Shown piece by piece: positions 25,501 to 28,634 of a stretch of 28,634 nt of DNA. The stretch spans positions 1-28,634 of the IMG/VR virus record IMGVR_UViG_3300044641_000723; one strand, 5' to 3'. The notes beneath the pieces are model-generated. The model was given only the letters and a program-made list of their open reading frames with translations. It searched no databases and was not told where the DNA came from. This DNA comes from a virus. Lineage: Duplodnaviria; Caudoviricetes. How positions within the stretch are numbered: the first letter of the stretch is position 1; each line of letters begins with the position of its first letter. A program made the position numbers and the translations under genes.

Positions 25501-25695
25501 TTAAAATTCTAAATCTTTGTTTTCGTTTTTCATTTCATATAAATCTTCATAAATCTGATAGTCAGGATGGGAATTTTTATCTTTGTATTTGTTTTCCCAC
25601 ATTGAATATCTTTTACCTTCTATCGTAAAACTGATTACAATACCTTTGGTTGTTTCTTTTTTCCAAGCACCATACTTCTTTTTTTCTTCTGCCAT
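25501..25695 (-). CDS. Small putative ssDNA-binding-like protein
   Basis: GAWKK...NKYK..HPDY motif with acidic tail ending DLEF; near ERF. Confidence 0.45.
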   Translation of the reverse strand: MAEEKKKYGAWKKETTKGIVISFTIEGKRYSMWENKYKDKNSHPDYQIYEDLYEMKNENKDLEF

Positions 25696-25696
25696 T

Positions 25697-25906
25697 TTAT
25701 TTATTTTTAATTAGTGAATATTTAGCTACAAATTTAGGGTTCTTTTTACTACCTACGTTTACTCTTTCTGTAATAATATTATGCCCTTCATCTTTAAGGT
25801 TAAATACTAATGCGGCTAGTCTTAATGTCCCATACTTTCTTAATGCCACTAATGGGGTTAATGGTTCTTTTTTAAGGTGATTAAGCACCTGCGTTTGTTG
25901 GCTCAT
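25697..25906 (-). CDS. Small winged-HTH DNA-binding protein
   Basis: QVLNHLK..LTPLVAL..YG..RLAALVFNLKDEG. Confidence 0.7.
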   Translation of the reverse strand: MSQQTQVLNHLKKEPLTPLVALRKYGTLRLAALVFNLKDEGHNIITERVNVGSKKNPKFVAKYSLIKNK

Positions 25907-26084
25907 ACTGTTTGTTTTTAATTTTTGAGAAATTGTATTGATTGTTTAAAGATACTGCATTGTGGATTAGCTTTTTATCAGCATATTGACTAGATACATT
26001 TAACCTTTTAACCCATTCATTAAAGTCTAATCTTTCATCAGGAAAAGCAATTCTGCTTATTTTAATACCCCATTTATTTTCCAT
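25881..26084 (-). CDS. Hypothetical protein
   Basis: ORF; FNEW motif. Confidence 0.55.
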   Translation of the reverse strand: MENKWGIKISRIAFPDERLDFNEWVKRLNVSSQYADKKLIHNAVSLNNQYNFSKIKNKQYEPTNAGA

Positions 26085-26085
26085 A

Positions 26086-26631
26086 TTATTTAATTTGATT
26101 TTCGTTAATACTTTTTAATGCTTTCTTATACTGCTCTAAGGTAGTATATTGGCTTATTCTATTTGCTATTGAATCTTTGGTTGTACTATCATAAGTTGTA
26201 TTTTCTAGTAGTACAATCAGTTCCAATCTTTTTTCTTCACCTAATTCATCCTTATGCTCATTTGTAGCATCTGAATCCTTTGTATCATCTATTGCAAATA
26301 AACCATTTAAAGCATACTTCCTAGCATAACTAGATGTACTACCTGTAATCTGTGCAGCATCCATACCTTTTTTAACTTCTTCTTCCCTAGCCCAACCGCT
26401 AACACTAATACTGTCATCAGTTCCATCAAGTAGTGTTGCAGTAGCTTTAATGTAGATTCTATCACCTACCTGTACTACTTCATCACTTATAACTAATGCA
26501 GTTCCATATTTATTTAGAATAGGCTTTACTGCTTCTACAATATCTTCTGCGCTTCTGTACTTATACTTACCAAACGAATTTGTTTGGTTTTTAGGTGCTT
26601 TTAATTCAGCTTGAATTTTTACTAAGTTCAT
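26086..26631 (-). CDS. erf: ERF-family ssDNA annealing protein
   Basis: IQAELKAPK..FGKYKYRSAEDI; AQITGSTSSYARKYALNGLFAI. Confidence 0.92.
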   Translation of the reverse strand: MNLVKIQAELKAPKNQTNSFGKYKYRSAEDIVEAVKPILNKYGTALVISDEVVQVGDRIYIKATATLLDGTDDSISVSGWAREEEVKKGMDAAQITGSTSSYARKYALNGLFAIDDTKDSDATNEHKDELGEEKRLELIVLLENTTYDSTTKDSIANRISQYTTLEQYKKALKSINENQIK

Positions 26632-26649
26632 TGTTTGTTTTTTTTAAAG

Positions 26650-26928
26650 TTACTCAATTTCTGCCATTTTATTATATTCTATTTCTGCTTGATGCTGCAT
26701 CCATTGTCCGAATGTAAAAGCATCATCTTCATAGTCATACCCTGCAAATAAGGTTGGCTTTTTGTTATAGAATTTAAAATAATCTTCTACAGATACTAAT
26801 GTATTATTTACATTAACTCTGCCTTTGTATTGCATTTGCCAATAGATAAAAGTATCTAAAGCATCAATAGTTTCTGTACCATATTTGGCACATAGTTCTG
26901 TGTAGGTGTGTAGTTCTTTTTGCATATG
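26650..26928 (-). CDS. Hypothetical early protein
   Basis: Start likely MQKELH (ATG near 26925) after AAAAACAAACAT leader rather than the ORF-track start at 26985. Confidence 0.55.
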   Translation of the reverse strand, partial: HMQKELHTYTELCAKYGTETIDALDTFIYWQMQYKGRVNVNNTLVSVEDYFKFYNKKPTLFAGYDYEDDAFTFGQWMQHQAEIEYNKMAEIE

Positions 26929-26935
26929 TTTGTTT

Positions 26936-27154
26936 TTAATTAATGAAATGTTCCCAACCATTATTTGGTAATCTATTAAAAGCACATAGAAAATAAGTAT
27001 CTAATTGTACGATATCCCCATATCTAACATCAATTACATAATATAACTTTTCTAGTTCTTGTTTTAATTCCATAACTGCTAATGGATATTTACCAACAGA
27101 TTTTTCAATTTCGTTTAAAACTTCAGGTTTTAATCTTTCTAGTAAATTTTTCAT
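26936..27154 (-). CDS. Hypothetical early protein
   Basis: MKNLLERLKPE; A-rich leader. Confidence 0.7.
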   Translation of the reverse strand: MKNLLERLKPEVLNEIEKSVGKYPLAVMELKQELEKLYYVIDVRYGDIVQLDTYFLCAFNRLPNNGWEHFIN

Positions 27155-27174
27155 ATTTGTTTTATTTTTGGTTA

Positions 27175-27384
27175 TTATGAAGTTTTTAATATTAATTGAT
27201 ATCTGTATTTACCTTCAGTAGAAGTAGTCAATTTAACGAATATATCACTTGATTCAAATAGTTCAATTTCGTGTGGTGTAGGAATCCAATGTTCTGCCTG
27301 ACCCAATGCACCTAATGGTACATAACCCACAAAGTACAATTCTTCATTTGTTTTCTTGTTAGTTCTTTTAATGTAACTTTTCAT
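27175..27384 (-). CDS. Hypothetical early protein
   Basis: Start reassigned to ATG 27384 (MKSYIK), first ORF after cassette C. Confidence 0.65.
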   Translation of the reverse strand: MKSYIKRTNKKTNEELYFVGYVPLGALGQAEHWIPTPHEIELFESSDIFVKLTTSTEGKYRYQLILKTS

Positions 27385-27397
27385 AGTTGTTTTGTTT

Positions 27398-27514
27398 TTG
27401 GTTATCAATCAATGACATAACGAAACTACAACTTATCTACATACTATCCAAGTATTATGTACTAAATTTCTAAAAAATGTGATGAACGGTAAATGGGACT
27501 GATGAACGGTAAAT
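27398..27514 (-). promoter_or_regulatory. Early promoter cassette copy C
   Basis: TGATGAACGGTAAAT at 27480 and 27500; CTTG-20 nt-TAGTTTCG; 24 bp identical to copy B. Confidence 0.75.
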
Positions 27515-27549
27515 TGTCCGATATTTTGTCCGGACAGAAAACCGGACAA
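27514..27549. repeat. 36-bp symmetric element with four TGTCCG half-sites
   Basis: TTGTCCG-atattt-TGTCCGGACA-gaaaac-CGGACAA. Confidence 0.7.
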
Positions 27550-27562
27550 GCTAAAAAATTAG

Positions 27563-27832
27563 CTATTTGCTACCATCCTGTAGGGGTAAATGCTTACTAT
27601 TATCTACCTGTCGGTAGCCTAAAGACCATAACATTTTGGTAAGTGTAATGCTTTTTTCTATGACCTGTTCCTCTGTATCTTCAGGATTTAACAGGTGGAA
27701 AATTTCGTGTATTAAAATTTCCATTTTCTTTCTACCCTTTAATCTAGGGTCAATATATATAATACCATCACTTTCAGCAATGCCGTGTGCTTGTTCTCTG
27801 CCTAATTTCTTATATATAATTTTAATCTTCAT
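27563..27832 (-). CDS. Small zincin-like metallopeptidase-fold protein
   Basis: IYIDPRL...ILIHEIFH (HExxH). Confidence 0.65.
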   Translation of the reverse strand: MKIKIIYKKLGREQAHGIAESDGIIYIDPRLKGRKKMEILIHEIFHLLNPEDTEEQVIEKSITLTKMLWSLGYRQVDNSKHLPLQDGSK

Positions 27833-28013
27833 CTTTCATTAAAGCCAAATCAGGTCTGTCTATTTCTTTAAATATTAATACTTCGCCACCTCTTATCTTT
27901 CCAAGTGTTAATTTAATTTCGCTTTCTAATTGGTATAATTCTTGTAGTTTATTTACCAACCATTGTTCTTGTTGTAGTGTTGTCAATTTTGAAAAGTTTT
28001 TTGGATATCTCAT
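27822..28013 (-). CDS. Hypothetical protein
   Basis: ORF packed between neighbours. Confidence 0.55.
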   Translation of the reverse strand: MRYPKNFSKLTTLQQEQWLVNKLQELYQLESEIKLTLGKIRGGEVLIFKEIDRPDLALMKDED

Positions 28014-28014
28014 T

Positions 28015-28212
28015 TTATTTAGTTTTTATTTTATTCTTTATTGTAATTATTTTTTTAAGATAAATACTTAAATCAAGACTTTCCTCGTATGCGTGTTGCA
28101 GCCAATCCTGTTCACTTAAATCAGTTCTATCCATTGTAGTACCGTATTCCTTTAAACCTTTGTCTTCCCTAGATAAAAGGTCATCTATGATTGAGTATAA
28201 TATTCTGCTCAT
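28015..28212 (-). CDS. Small all-alpha protein, possibly MazG-like NTP pyrophosphatase-related
   Basis: GLKEYGTTMDRTDL..WLQHAYEESLDLSIYL. Confidence 0.5.
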   Translation of the reverse strand: MSRILYSIIDDLLSREDKGLKEYGTTMDRTDLSEQDWLQHAYEESLDLSIYLKKIITIKNKIKTK

Positions 28213-28634
28213 TATTTGTCAGTTTTTGAATGGTACTTATTACAGGTGTTACATTTGTACTGTATTCTAGTTAACCCTGTTGCAGTTATTACCTTATTGT
28301 TTCTTATCAGGTCATCACTACCACATTCAGGACAAGTACCCCTATCGTGTCCAAATACTACTCCATAATGCGTTTTAGGTTCTATGTGCAAAGATAAAGC
28401 CTTATGCACTTGCTCCAACAATACTACATCTTTTTTGCAGTATTTAATCATTTTCTCCATTGCTATCTTATCCTTTTTTAATAGGATATCCTTCCACAAT
28501 GAATACTCTGTTTTAATCTTTTGCCCTAATCCTAAATAATCTGCAATGTAGTTAAGCCTGTTAGAATTAAATCTAAACTTTTGTCTAGCTACCTTTAATG
28601 TATCTATGGTTGTGTATTTAGGAAACATTTCAAT
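28212..28634 (-). CDS. RNase H-like (YprB-type) exonuclease with C-terminal Zn ribbon, 5'-truncated
   Basis: IDTLK..SNRLNYIA..LG, YCKKDV; CPEC...CNTC; runs in from right edge. Confidence 0.75.
   Translation of the reverse strand: MEMFPKYTTIDTLKVARQKFRFNSNRLNYIADYLGLGQKIKTEYSLWKDILLKKDKIAMEKMIKYCKKDVVLLEQVHKALSLHIEPKTHYGVVFGHDRGTCPECGSDDLIRNNKVITATGLTRIQYKCNTCNKYHSKTDK

Noticed and set aside
1-28634. Stop-codon reassignment, DGR, tRNA genes
   Set aside because: Genes are intact and densely packed in the standard code; no reverse transcriptase, template/variable repeat pair or cloverleaf seen

Overview
An AT-rich (roughly one-third GC by eye), almost entirely minus-strand segment of a tailed dsDNA phage, probably a siphovirus. 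It probably infects a Bacteroidetes host, because it has TTTG-N20-TAnnTTTG promoters and A-rich leaders without Shine-Dalgarno sites. In transcription order (right to left) the window holds: nuclease/early genes, ERF recombinase, a DnaA-C-like HTH, a replication initiator with internal iterons, a helicase-loader-like gene, VRR-NUC, a sigma-like regulator, an acyltransferase plus two glycosyltransferases, HNH, TerS/TerL, a small early cassette, a frameshifted tail chaperone, tail genes and tape measure, prohead protease, scaffold, major capsid, major tail, portal, connectors and a tail fibre that runs off the left edge. The standout is 6.9-9.7 kb. There the prohead protease is fused, via a GGPGSG linker, to a RelA/SpoT-type (Apk/Tas1-like) alarmone synthetase. 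It is followed by a 72-aa candidate immunity gene with its own promoter and faced by an inverted early operon ending in a Mesh1/SAH-type HD hydrolase. Non-coding highlights are a three-copy promoter/operator cassette, a kissing-loop RNA upstream of the replication initiator, and late 3' UTRs complementary to early translation starts. No integrase, lysis genes, tRNA or CRISPR array were seen. All family assignments are from motif recognition, not database searches.
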